The translations under genes were made by a program, and so were the position numbers. A stretch of 32,000 bases of DNA from Phycisphaera mikurensis NBRC 102666 (GTDB lineage Bacteria; Planctomycetota; Phycisphaerae; Phycisphaerales; Phycisphaeraceae), in the NCBI RefSeq assembly GCF_000284115.1, contig NC_017080.1, positions 3,540,001 to 3,572,000 on the forward strand, given 5' to 3'. Shown one piece after another: positions 18,474-29,550 of this stretch. The notes below the pieces were generated by a model. That model was not told the origin of the DNA. It worked only from the letters and a program-made list of their open reading frames with translations, and made no database searches. Positions within the stretch are counted from its first letter, which is position 1, and every line of letters begins with the position of its first letter.

Positions 18474-19452
18474 GGGCCGTGAGGCGCCAGGTGGGCTGGT
18501 CGACGCCCTCGCTGGTGAAGTACAGCGACCGGCCGTCGGCGGAGAACGCGATCGCCTCTCCCTGGCGGCGCGGGGGCGTCGGCGGCCGCTCCGGCTCGGC
18601 CTCCAGAGCCGACGCCCAGCCTGCTCCGGGCCAAGAGGTGAACACCATGGCTTCGCCATAGGTGCAAACGCCGAGGCGTCGGCCATCCGGGCTGACGTCC
18701 ATCCCGGTCGGCATCAGCGTCGGCATCGTGCCCACACGCGGCACCGGGTCCACCCACCGCGGAGCGACCGGCGCGGCGGGCATGGGCGGCAACGGGATCT
18801 CGTAGAGACCGGAGGCTCCATAGGTCTTGCCGTTCTGATCGATCTCCTTGCTCCCGAGCAAGATGACCCCGCGGGTCACGTCCACGGCGACCGCCTCGCA
18901 GTCCCGGGCACCGTCCGCGAAGGCGAAGCGCAGCGTGAGCAGGACCTCCAACCCCTCTTCCGGGTCGGCATCGGCCGGAGGCTCCTCCAGGAAGTGAAGC
19001 GCCGTCCGCCCGCCGGACCTGAGGTTGTCGCCCGTGTCCGCGATCAGCAGGAACGCCCGCTCCTCCCACTCGAATGCGGCCAAGTCTTCCCAATCGCGGT
19101 TGCGGATGCCTCGCAGGCGGAAGGCCTCCGCGGCCGACAGGCCGTGCGGGTCGTAACGCACCAGCGTCTCGCCCCCCCCGGAGTCGTTGCACGTCCACAG
19201 GCGTCCGGGCACCCGACGGGACGCCGCGAGCCCGGAGCTCTCGTCGATGATCCGCGGCGGCGGAGCGAGTCGCTCGGGCGCCGCTGCCTCATGCTCGGGC
19301 GACGAAGCCCCGGAGGCCCCCGCCGGACCCGCATCCGGAGGCGCCGCTCCCGCGGGCGTCAGCAGCAGCGGGCGTCCGGACGCGAAGAGGAGCACCACGC
19401 CCGCGACCGCGAGCGGAGCACCGACCCTGAGGCTGATCGAGCGGGAACGCAT
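18469..19452 (-). CDS. Secreted/membrane-anchored hypothetical protein, possible beta-propeller-like
   Basis: N-terminal signal-like segment LRVGAPLAVAGVVLLFASG; repeated propeller-like strands (WTCNDSGGGETLVRYD, AFLLIADTGDN, GMDVSPDGRRLGVCTYGEAMVF, AIAFSADGRSLYFTSEG). Confidence 0.75.
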   Translation of the reverse strand: MRSRSISLRVGAPLAVAGVVLLFASGRPLLLTPAGAAPPDAGPAGASGASSPEHEAAAPERLAPPPRIIDESSGLAASRRVPGRLWTCNDSGGGETLVRYDPHGLSAAEAFRLRGIRNRDWEDLAAFEWEERAFLLIADTGDNLRSGGRTALHFLEEPPADADPEEGLEVLLTLRFAFADGARDCEAVAVDVTRGVILLGSKEIDQNGKTYGASGLYEIPLPPMPAAPVAPRWVDPVPRVGTMPTLMPTGMDVSPDGRRLGVCTYGEAMVFTSWPGAGWASALEAEPERPPTPPRRQGEAIAFSADGRSLYFTSEGVDQPTWRLTAP

Positions 19453-20367
19453 GGCTGTCCAACGGAGCGAAACGCGCGACGGTTCGACCGCGGCAGGAAG
19501 AACGGGCCCATCGGCGTGTCCGCACCGGCAGATGAGCAGATCGGCCGTGGTTCAACTCGCTCCAGCCTCACGCTCGGGGCTTCTCCAGGCGGCCCACGAT
19601 GCGTCCGCACGCACCGCCGGCAGCGCCCGGCCGGCTCGATCCTGGAGCGCCACGCCCACACAGAACCGAACCCGGCAGCGGGCGCCGGATCGCCGCCACC
19701 GCAGAAGCCGCGGGCGGAGCGGATCCCGGCGGCGTGGGTTGCAGCCGGGTGCTCCGGCGGCGGGCCCGAGAAGCCACCCGCGGGCGGCGGAGCGACGCCC
19801 GCCCGGGGTGGGCTCTGCCCCCGCTTGCGCCCGACCGCGCGCACCTCCTGCTCGGACCGGGGCGGCAAGCGGGCAGGACCGACGGGCGCGGGCATCGCCA
19901 GTCCAGCGGACTGCTCGCCCGTGGCATGCGATCGAGCCGCGGCTTCCGACCGGGCGGTCGTGGCCGCCCGCGGTCCGCGGGCAGAGCGGCCACGCAGCGA
20001 CGCGTGTTCGGACGTTTCGAGCACGAGCTGCTCCCTTCGCCGTGCCCGCGGCCACGGGCAGCCGCGGCACCGACGCCCCGAGGACACGCCGCGGTGGCTG
20101 GATGCGAGGCGTTCGGCGGGCCGGCTTCCGCCGAGGCGCAGCGCAAACCGAAGACGCCTGATCCCGCGCAGGGTGCCGAGCCCCGCCTTTGCCTCTCCGG
20201 CCCCCCGCCGCGTCTCTGCCGCGGTCAAGGGATCCGGCGTCCGCCGAGCCGCCGGATCCGCCGAAGTCTGAGGCGGAGGCGTACGCATTCCGGGTCAAGC
20301 GGGGGCGTGCGGGCGAGGTGCGGGCATCGACGATCCAGCAAGCGTCCCGGACGCGCGGGCCGCGACA

Positions 20368-20415
20368 GCCGCGGACCGAAGCCAATCCAGCCCGCAACGG
20401 CCGACGGTCCGCGGC
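20368..20415. repeat. Dispersed inverted-repeat element, copy C: GCCGCGGACCG-N26-CGGTCCGCGGC
   Basis: Perfect 11-bp arms 20368-20378 and 20405-20415 with 26-nt spacer, in the noncoding block downstream of the 5S rRNA. Confidence 0.88.
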
Positions 20416-20433
20416 AGCGCCGGCAGCGTTGGT

Positions 20434-20481
20434 TCCTCCACCGCCAACCGCAGCGGACGACGTGACCGCAGCGGTGGAGGA
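20434..20481. repeat. Second inverted repeat with the same 11-26-11 geometry but different arms: TCCTCCACCGC-N26-GCGGTGGAGGA
   Basis: Perfect 11-bp arms 20434-20444 and 20471-20481, spacer exactly 26 nt, 18 nt from copy C. Confidence 0.75.
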
Positions 20482-20536
20482 TGCGCAAGCCGCTCTCCGC
20501 CGGCGTCTACGGCGCGTCCGCCCGGGCCGCGCATGC

Positions 20537-20566
20537 GAGAACCCGGACCTTTCGGTCCGGGTTCTC
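20537..20566 (-). terminator. Hairpin immediately 3' of the 5S rRNA, rRNA operon terminator or processing candidate
   Basis: Perfect 13-bp stem; transcript sense GAGAACCCGGACC-GAAA-GGUCCGGGUUCUC, 7 nt beyond the 5S 3' end. No strong U-tract. Confidence 0.7.
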
Positions 20567-20572
20567 GATCAA

Positions 20573-20679
20573 GCCGGCAATGACCTACTTTCCCGCGGTT
20601 GCAGTATCATCGGCGTGCTGGGCTTAACGGCCGTGTTCGGAATGGGAACGGGTGGGACCCCAGCACTGTTGTCACCGGC
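20573..20679 (-). rRNA. rrf: 5S ribosomal RNA
   Basis: Reverse strand GCCGGTGAC...GGTCCCACCCGTTCCCATTCCGAACACGGCCGTTAAGCCC...GGGAAAGTAGGTCATTGCCGGC with pairing termini. Confidence 0.93.
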
Positions 20680-20843
20680 AAAGCGTTCACCCCGCGTTGG
20701 CGGGGCTCACACTCGCTCTTGCAAGTGAGTGGCTGATGACAGTGGAAGCGTTCACCGGACCCGAAAGGTCCTGAGGTGCGTGACTCACCTCCGACGGACA
20801 CCGATCTACCGAGAGTACCGGTGACGGGTCGGAGTGAGCAAGC

Positions 20844-23602
<2,759 letters not shown>

Positions 23603-23818
23603 GCTTGCTCACCCCGACCTGGCACCGTCCTCCCAAGGGGAGGACGCGGCCGTCGCGGAGAGGCAAGCACCTCAGGACACTTTCGTGTCGCCTCCTCGTC
23701 CCCACAATGACGGGACGGGAGGTTCTCGATGAACACTTCCCCGCACGCCGAAGCGTGCGGGTGCTTACGTTGTCGGCGTGCCGCCTGAACGGCATGCCGA
23801 CGTCATCAGCCTCTGCAC

Positions 23819-23831
23819 TTGTCAAAGAACA
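23819..23831 (-). promoter_or_regulatory. boxA-like antitermination element in the 23S leader
   Basis: Reverse strand TGTTCTTTGACAA, close to the E. coli rrn boxA TGCTCTTTAACAA, about 50 nt downstream of the candidate promoter. Confidence 0.65.
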
Positions 23832-23886
23832 CTTCCGGGCGTGACAGCCTCACCGTTTCAGGTGTTGCCGTCGCTTCGGGCCGGAG

Positions 23887-23914
23887 AGTCTATCCCTCCC
23901 CGCTTTCGGGTCAA
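23887..23914 (-). promoter_or_regulatory. Candidate sigma70-type promoter of the 23S-5S operon
   Basis: Reverse strand TTGACC-N16-TAGACT upstream of the boxA-like element. Confidence 0.5.
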
Positions 23915-24172
23915 CGGCGTCACCCCTCCGATGCCGGGTGCGGGAGAAGACGTGGAAAATCGCGTCTTCTGTCACCATGGTGCTCGGCACCCCTCCGGCC
24001 GGACGGGTCGGGGTGTCTTGACGCCGGCCGTGGCGCCTCGGGAGGCGGCTCCCAGGGGGGGAGAAGCTCGGCACCGTCGGCGGTTCCGGTCACCTCGCTT
24101 TCCGTCCGTGCCGCGGGGGCCTCACCTGCGTCTTGAGCCTCGGCGGCTCCTCCGCGTAGGCTCGGCCCCGCC

Positions 24173-24259
24173 GGTGCGGTGGCTGAGTGGTCGAAGGCTG
24201 CGGTTTTGAAAACCGCCGGGCGGGCAACCGTCCCGTGGGTTCGAATCCCACCCGCACCG
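24173..24259 (+). tRNA. tRNA-Ser(UGA)
   Basis: GGTGCGG/CCGCACC acceptor stem, class II variable arm, anticodon stem GCGGT/ACCGC with loop TTTGAAA (anticodon TGA at 24207-24209), T-arm GGGTTCGAATCCC. 3' CCA not encoded. Confidence 0.96.
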
Positions 24260-24313
24260 TGATGAGCCGTCTTGGGCGGCTCCGCCTTCCCTCAACCCGA
24301 CCCCCACCCCGCG

Positions 24314-24715
24314 ATGGCAGCCACACCCGACGAATCCGACGATCTCCGCCTCCGGGGCCGAAAAATCCTGATCGTGGACGACGACACCGAGGTGCGTGCC
24401 GCAATCGATCACGCCCTGCAGGCGGAGGGGGCGCTGACGCAGACCTGCGGCGACGGCAACACCGCGGTGCGGATCGTCGAGTCGGACCCGCCGGAGCTGG
24501 TCGTGCTGGACATGATGCTCCCCAAGCGGTCCGGCTTCCTCGTGCTCGAGAAGATCAAGGACTTCCCCAAGTGCCCGCGGGTGGTGATGGTGACGGCGAA
24601 CGAGGGCAAGCGGCACCAGGAGTACGCCGAGGCGCGTGGCGTGGACGGCTACCTCCACAAGCCGGTTCGGCTGGAGAAGCTCATCGGCCTCGCCGAGAGC
24701 CTCCTCGCGGGCTGA
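24314..24715 (+). CDS. Stand-alone response regulator receiver domain protein
   Basis: KILIVDDDTEVRAAIDHAL, PPELVVLDMMLPKRSG, VVMVTANEG, GVDGYLHKPVRLEKL. ORF opens at 24272; ATG 24314 is more plausible. Confidence 0.88.
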   Translation: MAATPDESDDLRLRGRKILIVDDDTEVRAAIDHALQAEGALTQTCGDGNTAVRIVESDPPELVVLDMMLPKRSGFLVLEKIKDFPKCPRVVMVTANEGKRHQEYAEARGVDGYLHKPVRLEKLIGLAESLLAG

Positions 24716-24817
24716 AGCGGCTGAACCCGTGGCGTTCCGGCTCGTCCGCCCGGGTTAGGCTCCGCCCAGCATGGCCGGGACACCCCGGCATCCTCCACCT
24801 CCCGAGAAGGTCTCCCG

Positions 24818-26170
24818 ATGGCAAGCTCACCCCGCTCCCGCGTCTCCAGGCTCCCCCGCGTCGGCAGGAAGCCCGCACCGGCGGCGCTGCTCCTCGGCGT
24901 CGCGATGATCGGCGCCACGGGCTCGATCGCCGGCTGCGAGCGCCCTGAAGCGGGTGAGGCCGCCGCCATCTCGCAAGCCCAGGACGACCTCCTCGCCGCG
25001 TCCAACGCGGTACCCGAGGGCGACGGGTCGGCGCTCGAGGGCCGCGTGGAGGCGATGAAGCAGACGCGAGCGACTCTGCAGACCGTTCTCTCCAGCGACA
25101 ACCCCCGGCGGAGGGCGCTCGCGCAGCGGTTGCTCGCGGACATCCACGCGGCGGAGGCGCAATTGCTGGAGCTGCGGGCCCGGCAGGCGGCGGCTTCGCT
25201 CAGGGCGGACCTCACGAGGCTGATGACGTCGGTCGAGACCGTCGAGCGTGATGCTTCCCGCGCGGTGGCCCAGTCGCTCGATGCAGCCCCCGCGGTTGCG
25301 GTCGCGTCGGCCGCGGCGGCGGAGCAGACGCAGCGGCTGGAGGCGAGCCGGGCCGCCGCGGATCGCCTGGCGGCCGAGGCGTCGGCCCTGGAAGCACGCA
25401 TCGCCGACGCCAGCCGGCAGCGGAAGGAAGCGTCCGGCCGCGAAGCCGCCGCGGTCGACGCGGCCTTCGTGCTAGGGGGCGATCAACGCGAACGCGGCCT
25501 CGAAGCGGCGGATGCTTCGCGCGCCCAAGCCGACGCGGCCGCGGCCGTCGAGCGGCGAGCGGCCATCGAACTCCGGAGCGTTCGGGAGGCGGAGGCGCTC
25601 GCGGAGCGGCGTGGCGAGCTCGCGAGCACCGGATTGGAGCGGCTCCGCGAGGCCCGCCGGGGCTTCGAGGACGCCGGCACCGCCGCGGAGGCGGCCGTCG
25701 CCGAGGCGAAGCAAGCGGCCGGGGAGGGCGGCGCCGGCGTGGAGACGCGGGTCGCGGAGCTGTCCGGCGAGCTGCGGGAGCGGGTCCTTTCGCCCGCGGA
25801 CGCGGCCGCCTCGGCGGCGGGAGAGGCCGCTTCGCAGCTGGAGTCCTCCGGGGCGGACGCGGCCGTGGTCGCCGCGGGGAGGCTCCGCCAAGCGGACGCG
25901 GCCGCCTTCGCCGCCGCCTCCGCCTCTTCCTTCGCGGAGGCCTTCGAGGCGTTCGCCAGCCGCCTCGACGCCGCGGACGTGTCCGGGGCGGCGTCGGTCC
26001 GCTCGGCCGCCGGGTCGCTGGAGCAGGAGGCGGCCTCGCGTCGCGACGCCGCTTCGGAGGCGCTCGCGAGCGCTCAGGAGGCGATCGGGGGCGTCGCCGC
26101 CGAAGCGGCCACCCTCGCCGATCTGCGGGCCGCCGCGGAGCGGCTGGCGAGCTCGCTGCGGAGCGGCTGA
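24818..26170 (+). CDS. Alanine-rich coiled-coil lipoprotein, hypothetical
   Basis: N-terminus LLLGVAMIGATGSIAGCERPE resembles a lipobox; the rest is a long Ala/Glu/Arg heptad-like region. Confidence 0.7.
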   Translation: MASSPRSRVSRLPRVGRKPAPAALLLGVAMIGATGSIAGCERPEAGEAAAISQAQDDLLAASNAVPEGDGSALEGRVEAMKQTRATLQTVLSSDNPRRRALAQRLLADIHAAEAQLLELRARQAAASLRADLTRLMTSVETVERDASRAVAQSLDAAPAVAVASAAAAEQTQRLEASRAAADRLAAEASALEARIADASRQRKEASGREAAAVDAAFVLGGDQRERGLEAADASRAQADAAAAVERRAAIELRSVREAEALAERRGELASTGLERLREARRGFEDAGTAAEAAVAEAKQAAGEGGAGVETRVAELSGELRERVLSPADAAASAAGEAASQLESSGADAAVVAAGRLRQADAAAFAAASASSFAEAFEAFASRLDAADVSGAASVRSAAGSLEQEAASRRDAASEALASAQEAIGGVAAEAATLADLRAAAERLASSLRSG

Positions 26171-26175
26171 AGCCG

Positions 26176-27222
26176 ATGGCCCGAGAGCACCCGCCGCCGG
26201 TCGACCCCGCGAACACGCTGGGCCTGGACTACCGCGAGCTCGCCGCGGCGCTGCCGTTCCGCGGGCCCGTGTCGGACGTCCACACCCACGTGACCTCCCG
26301 AGGTGCCGCGGAGCTCTACCTGGAGGTGGCGTCACGCTTCGGCGTCGACCGGACGCTGACGATGACCGGCCTGGCGAAGGCCCGGGAGGTCCACGCGGTC
26401 GCCGGCGACCGCATCGAGTTCATCTGCGTGCCCGACTTCCTCGAGCGGAAGACGCCGGGGACGTTCACCACCCGCTGGCTCGACGACATCCGCGGCTTCC
26501 GGGAAGAGCTCGGCAGCCGCGTGATCAAGTTCTGGGCCGCTCCGCGGGCCATCGACCTGGCGGAGGAGACGCCCGGGCTCGGGCCGGGCTCGATGGCGTT
26601 GGACTCGCCGCTTCGGCTGGAGGGGATGCGGCTGGCCTACGACCTCGGCTACCGCGTCTTCATGACCCACGTGGCCGATCCCGACACCTGGTTCGCCACG
26701 AAGTACGGCGATGCCGCCCGGTACGGAACCAAGGCGCAGCAGTACGAGCCGCTGGAGCGTCTGCTCGACGCGTTCCACGACGTCACCTGGATCGGCGCCC
26801 ACATGAGCGGCTCCCCGGAGAACCTCGATTTCGTGCAGGGGCTGCTGGACCGGCACCCCAACTACGTCGTCGACACGTCCGCCGCCAAGTGGCAGGTGCG
26901 GGAGCTTTCGAAGCACCCCGAGGCCACGGCCGCCTTCATCCGCCGCAATCCCGGCCGCGTGCTGTTCGGCACCGACATCGTCGCCAGCGAGCAGATGCAC
27001 CAGATGGGTGAAGACCTCTTCGCCTCGCGCTACTGGGTGCTGCGGACGCTTTTCGAGACGGAACACCGGGGGAAGAGCCCGATCGTCGACCCCGACCTGC
27101 ACATGGTGGATCCCTCGGTCCCCGAGGACGCGACGCCGGACCTCAACGGCTGCGGGCTGGAGCAAGCGGTGCTGGAGCTGCTCTACCGGGACGCGCTCGA
27201 GACGATCCTCCCGCGCCCCTGA
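26176..27222 (+). CDS. Amidohydrolase family protein (amidohydrolase_2-like)
   Basis: VSDVHTHVTSRG, GADIHMSGS-type WIGAHMSGSPENLDFV, YVVDTSAAKWQVREL, RVLFGTDIV. Confidence 0.82.
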   Translation: MAREHPPPVDPANTLGLDYRELAAALPFRGPVSDVHTHVTSRGAAELYLEVASRFGVDRTLTMTGLAKAREVHAVAGDRIEFICVPDFLERKTPGTFTTRWLDDIRGFREELGSRVIKFWAAPRAIDLAEETPGLGPGSMALDSPLRLEGMRLAYDLGYRVFMTHVADPDTWFATKYGDAARYGTKAQQYEPLERLLDAFHDVTWIGAHMSGSPENLDFVQGLLDRHPNYVVDTSAAKWQVRELSKHPEATAAFIRRNPGRVLFGTDIVASEQMHQMGEDLFASRYWVLRTLFETEHRGKSPIVDPDLHMVDPSVPEDATPDLNGCGLEQAVLELLYRDALETILPRP

Positions 27223-28646
27223 GCCGGTGGCTCCGCCGGCGGGCGGGTCTCCGCCACCGCCGGCCCGTCGGCGGGCCCCGCGGCCGGGGCGCCGCCGACG
27301 CCATCGTCGACCAGCGACCACCGCGGCAGCGGCGGGACGAGCCGGACGTGCTCCTGCACGCAAGCGAACGCCTTCATGAGAACCATCCGCCACCGGACGC
27401 TGAAGCGGGCCCGGGGGAAGGCGCGGCCGGTCAGCAGCTCCAAGCTCGCCCGATGCACGCCCAGCGGACCCTCGCCGTGGTGGAGCAGATCGCGGTACGC
27501 GGGCCGGTAGTAGCTGCGGATCATGGAGAAGAGCACGCGGTGGCTCGCTGCGAGGCGGCGGGCGTAGCGGCGGCCGGGTGCGCGGAAGGCGGCGGCGCGG
27601 GCGGCGTCCGACGCGTCGGCGGGAAGCCGGTCGAGCGCGGCCAGCGACGCCTCGGCGGCTTCCGCCGCCCACCGCCCGCTCTTGATCGCGATGGAGACGC
27701 CGCCGGAGAAGACCGGGTCGATGAAGGCCGCGGCGTCGCCGACGAGCAGGTGGCCGGGACCCGCGGTCGGGCCGCACCGATAGGAGAAGTCCGCGGCGAC
27801 CCGGTTGCCGTCGGGGAACGCGGCGTCGCGCGTGCGGCGTGCGACCTCCGGGCAGCGGGCGATCGCCCAAGCCAGCACGCGGTCGGGCTTCACGCGTTGC
27901 TCCCGGGCGAGGCCGGCGGGGAGCACGACGCCGATGCCGGTCCGCTCGTCGTCGATCGGGATGATCCAGAACCAGCCCTCGTCGAGCATGACGACCGTGA
28001 GGTGGCCGCCCTCGGGCATGGGGCTGCGCTCGACGCCGGTGAAGTGGCCGAAGTAGGCGGTCCGCTCGTGGCCGGGCTCGTTGCGGCGGAAGCCGCGGCC
28101 GGCTCTCTCCAGGTGCCGGGCGGCGAGGGTGGCCTGGCCGCTGGCGTCGATCAGGCAGCGGGCGGAGACGGGCCCCTGGGTGGTGCTCAGCCGCACGCCC
28201 CCGGACCCGAGCCGCTCGATGCCGCGGACCGTGACGCCGCGGCGGACGTCCGCCCCGCCGTCCGCGGCCTCCTGCAGCAGCCACGCATCGAAGGGCTCTC
28301 GCTCGGTGTTGGTTGCCGCCTGCGGGTCGGCGTCGAGGGCGTCCGCGAAGCGGAGCGGCCGGCCGGGGGCGGTGCCCGCGGCGGAGACGAAGGTCACGCC
28401 CGGCTTGGGCACGCGGGGGAGCGCCGCCGCCCGCTCGGCGAGGCCCAGGCGGGCGAGGTCGGCTTCCACCTCGGGCAGCAGCGACTCGCCGACGTGGAAG
28501 TGCGGACCCGTCTCGCGTTCGAGGACCGCCACCCGCCGGCCCGAGCGGGCGAGGCACAGCGCCGCGACCGCCCCGCCGGGGCCGCCTCCGACGACAACGG
28601 CATCCAGGGTCTCCTCTCCTGGGCCTGGGTGCGGGTTGGGAGCCAT
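27183..28646 (-). CDS. FAD-dependent monooxygenase / flavin-dependent halogenase-like protein
   Basis: VVVGGGPGGAVAALCLARSGRRVAVLERE (GxGxxG), HVGESLLPE, EGWFWIIPI (fits WxWxIP), LLVGDAAAFIDPVFSGGVSIAIKSG. Confidence 0.82.
   Translation of the reverse strand: MAPNPHPGPGEETLDAVVVGGGPGGAVAALCLARSGRRVAVLERETGPHFHVGESLLPEVEADLARLGLAERAAALPRVPKPGVTFVSAAGTAPGRPLRFADALDADPQAATNTEREPFDAWLLQEAADGGADVRRGVTVRGIERLGSGGVRLSTTQGPVSARCLIDASGQATLAARHLERAGRGFRRNEPGHERTAYFGHFTGVERSPMPEGGHLTVVMLDEGWFWIIPIDDERTGIGVVLPAGLAREQRVKPDRVLAWAIARCPEVARRTRDAAFPDGNRVAADFSYRCGPTAGPGHLLVGDAAAFIDPVFSGGVSIAIKSGRWAAEAAEASLAALDRLPADASDAARAAAFRAPGRRYARRLAASHRVLFSMIRSYYRPAYRDLLHHGEGPLGVHRASLELLTGRAFPRARFSVRWRMVLMKAFACVQEHVRLVPPLPRWSLVDDGVGGAPAAGPADGPAVAETRPPAEPPAQGRGRIVSSASR
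28221..28268. repeat. Dispersed inverted-repeat element, copy D (one arm mismatch): GCCGCGGACCG-N26-CCGTCCGCGGC
   Basis: Arms 28221-28231 and 28258-28268, 10/11 pairing, 26-nt spacer. Lies in the FAD protein CDS, so could be coincidental. Confidence 0.55.
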
Positions 28647-28760
28647 GTCCGAGCCGGAGCCGTCGAAGCGGTGCGTCGCGAGGCTACGCGTCCCGCCCGC
28701 TGCCCGGCCCCGCGCCCGCGCCCGCGCCCGCAGGCCGATCAGAAGCTCACACGCGATGCT

Positions 28761-29366
28761 TTAGAGGGTCCGGACGTCGATGCCACGCATGCCGGCAGCG
28801 GCGATGCTCTCCAGCCCGAGGTCCGTGTCTTCGTACGCGTCGCAGCCGCCGGGGGCGACGCCGAGCCGCTCGGCGGCGAGCAGGAAGGGCGCCGGATGCG
28901 GCTTGTGCTCGGCCGTGTCGTCGGCGGTGACGACCACGGTGGCGGGGAAGTCGTCGGCGAGGCCGATGGCGGCGAGCGTGGCGGTCGCCGTGCCGCGGTT
29001 GCCGCCGGTGGCGACGGCGCAGGGGACCCCCGCGGCCTGGGCGCTCCGCAGCACGGCGAGCACCTTCGGCGCCGGCTTGCAGGCGGGGATGTGCGAGCGG
29101 AAAGCCTCTTCCTTCTTCGCCGACAGCGCGGCCGCGTCGCGGCTTACGCCGTCGCCGGCCTCGGCGATCAGCGTGTCGAAGATCGTCCGCGTCGGCACGC
29201 CGCCCATGGCGTAGAAGCGTTCCTCCGGGAAGAGAAGGCCCGCTTCGTTCACCACGTCCGTCCACGCGAGGAAGTGGGCGGGCATCGTGTCGGCGAGCGT
29301 GCCGTCGAGGTCGAAGACGATCGCGCGCGGGGTTCGTCCGTCGGGCGCGTGAAGAAACTCGGCCAT
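28761..29366 (-). CDS. HAD-superfamily hydrolase, beta-phosphoglucomutase-like subfamily
   Basis: RAIVFDLDGTLADTMPAHF, PCAVATGGNRG, VVVTADDTAEHKPHPAPFL, CDAYEDTDLGLESIAAAGM. Start at ATG 29366. Confidence 0.87.
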   Translation of the reverse strand: MAEFLHAPDGRTPRAIVFDLDGTLADTMPAHFLAWTDVVNEAGLLFPEERFYAMGGVPTRTIFDTLIAEAGDGVSRDAAALSAKKEEAFRSHIPACKPAPKVLAVLRSAQAAGVPCAVATGGNRGTATATLAAIGLADDFPATVVVTADDTAEHKPHPAPFLLAAERLGVAPGGCDAYEDTDLGLESIAAAGMRGIDVRTL

Positions 29367-29502
29367 GGGCCGGCCCAACCTAGCAGGCACGCTCCGCGTG
29401 CCGTGGATGGCGCAGCCACGCGTCGGCTCGGGGGCCTCGCGAAGTTCAGCCGCCGGAGCAACAGAAGGGAGTCTGCCGGCTGCTTCTTGCAACGACCGGG
29501 AT

Positions 29503-29550
29503 TCCGCGGACCGTCGGGCTTCCTCGACGCTTTCAGCCGCGGTCCGCGGA
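29503..29550. repeat. Dispersed inverted-repeat element, copy E: TCCGCGGACCG-N26-CGGTCCGCGGA
   Basis: Perfect 11-bp arms 29503-29513 and 29540-29550, spacer exactly 26 nt, spanning the stop codon of araB. Confidence 0.85.

Noticed and set aside
19936-19982. Further copy of the 26-nt-spacer element (GCCGCGG...CCGCGGTCCGCGGGC)
   Set aside because: The right arm matches, but the left arm lacks the ACCG extension at the right place and the CCGCGG spacing is 2 nt shorter. Not counted.
23609-24172. A hidden 16S rRNA or tRNA upstream of the 23S
   Set aside because: The interval is only about 560 bp and contains leader-like hairpins, boxA and a promoter. No 16S motifs or tRNA cloverleaf on the minus strand were seen.
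28700-28740. GCGCCC short tandem repeat between the FAD and HAD genes
   Set aside because: Only three to four hexamer copies; ordinary low complexity at this GC content.
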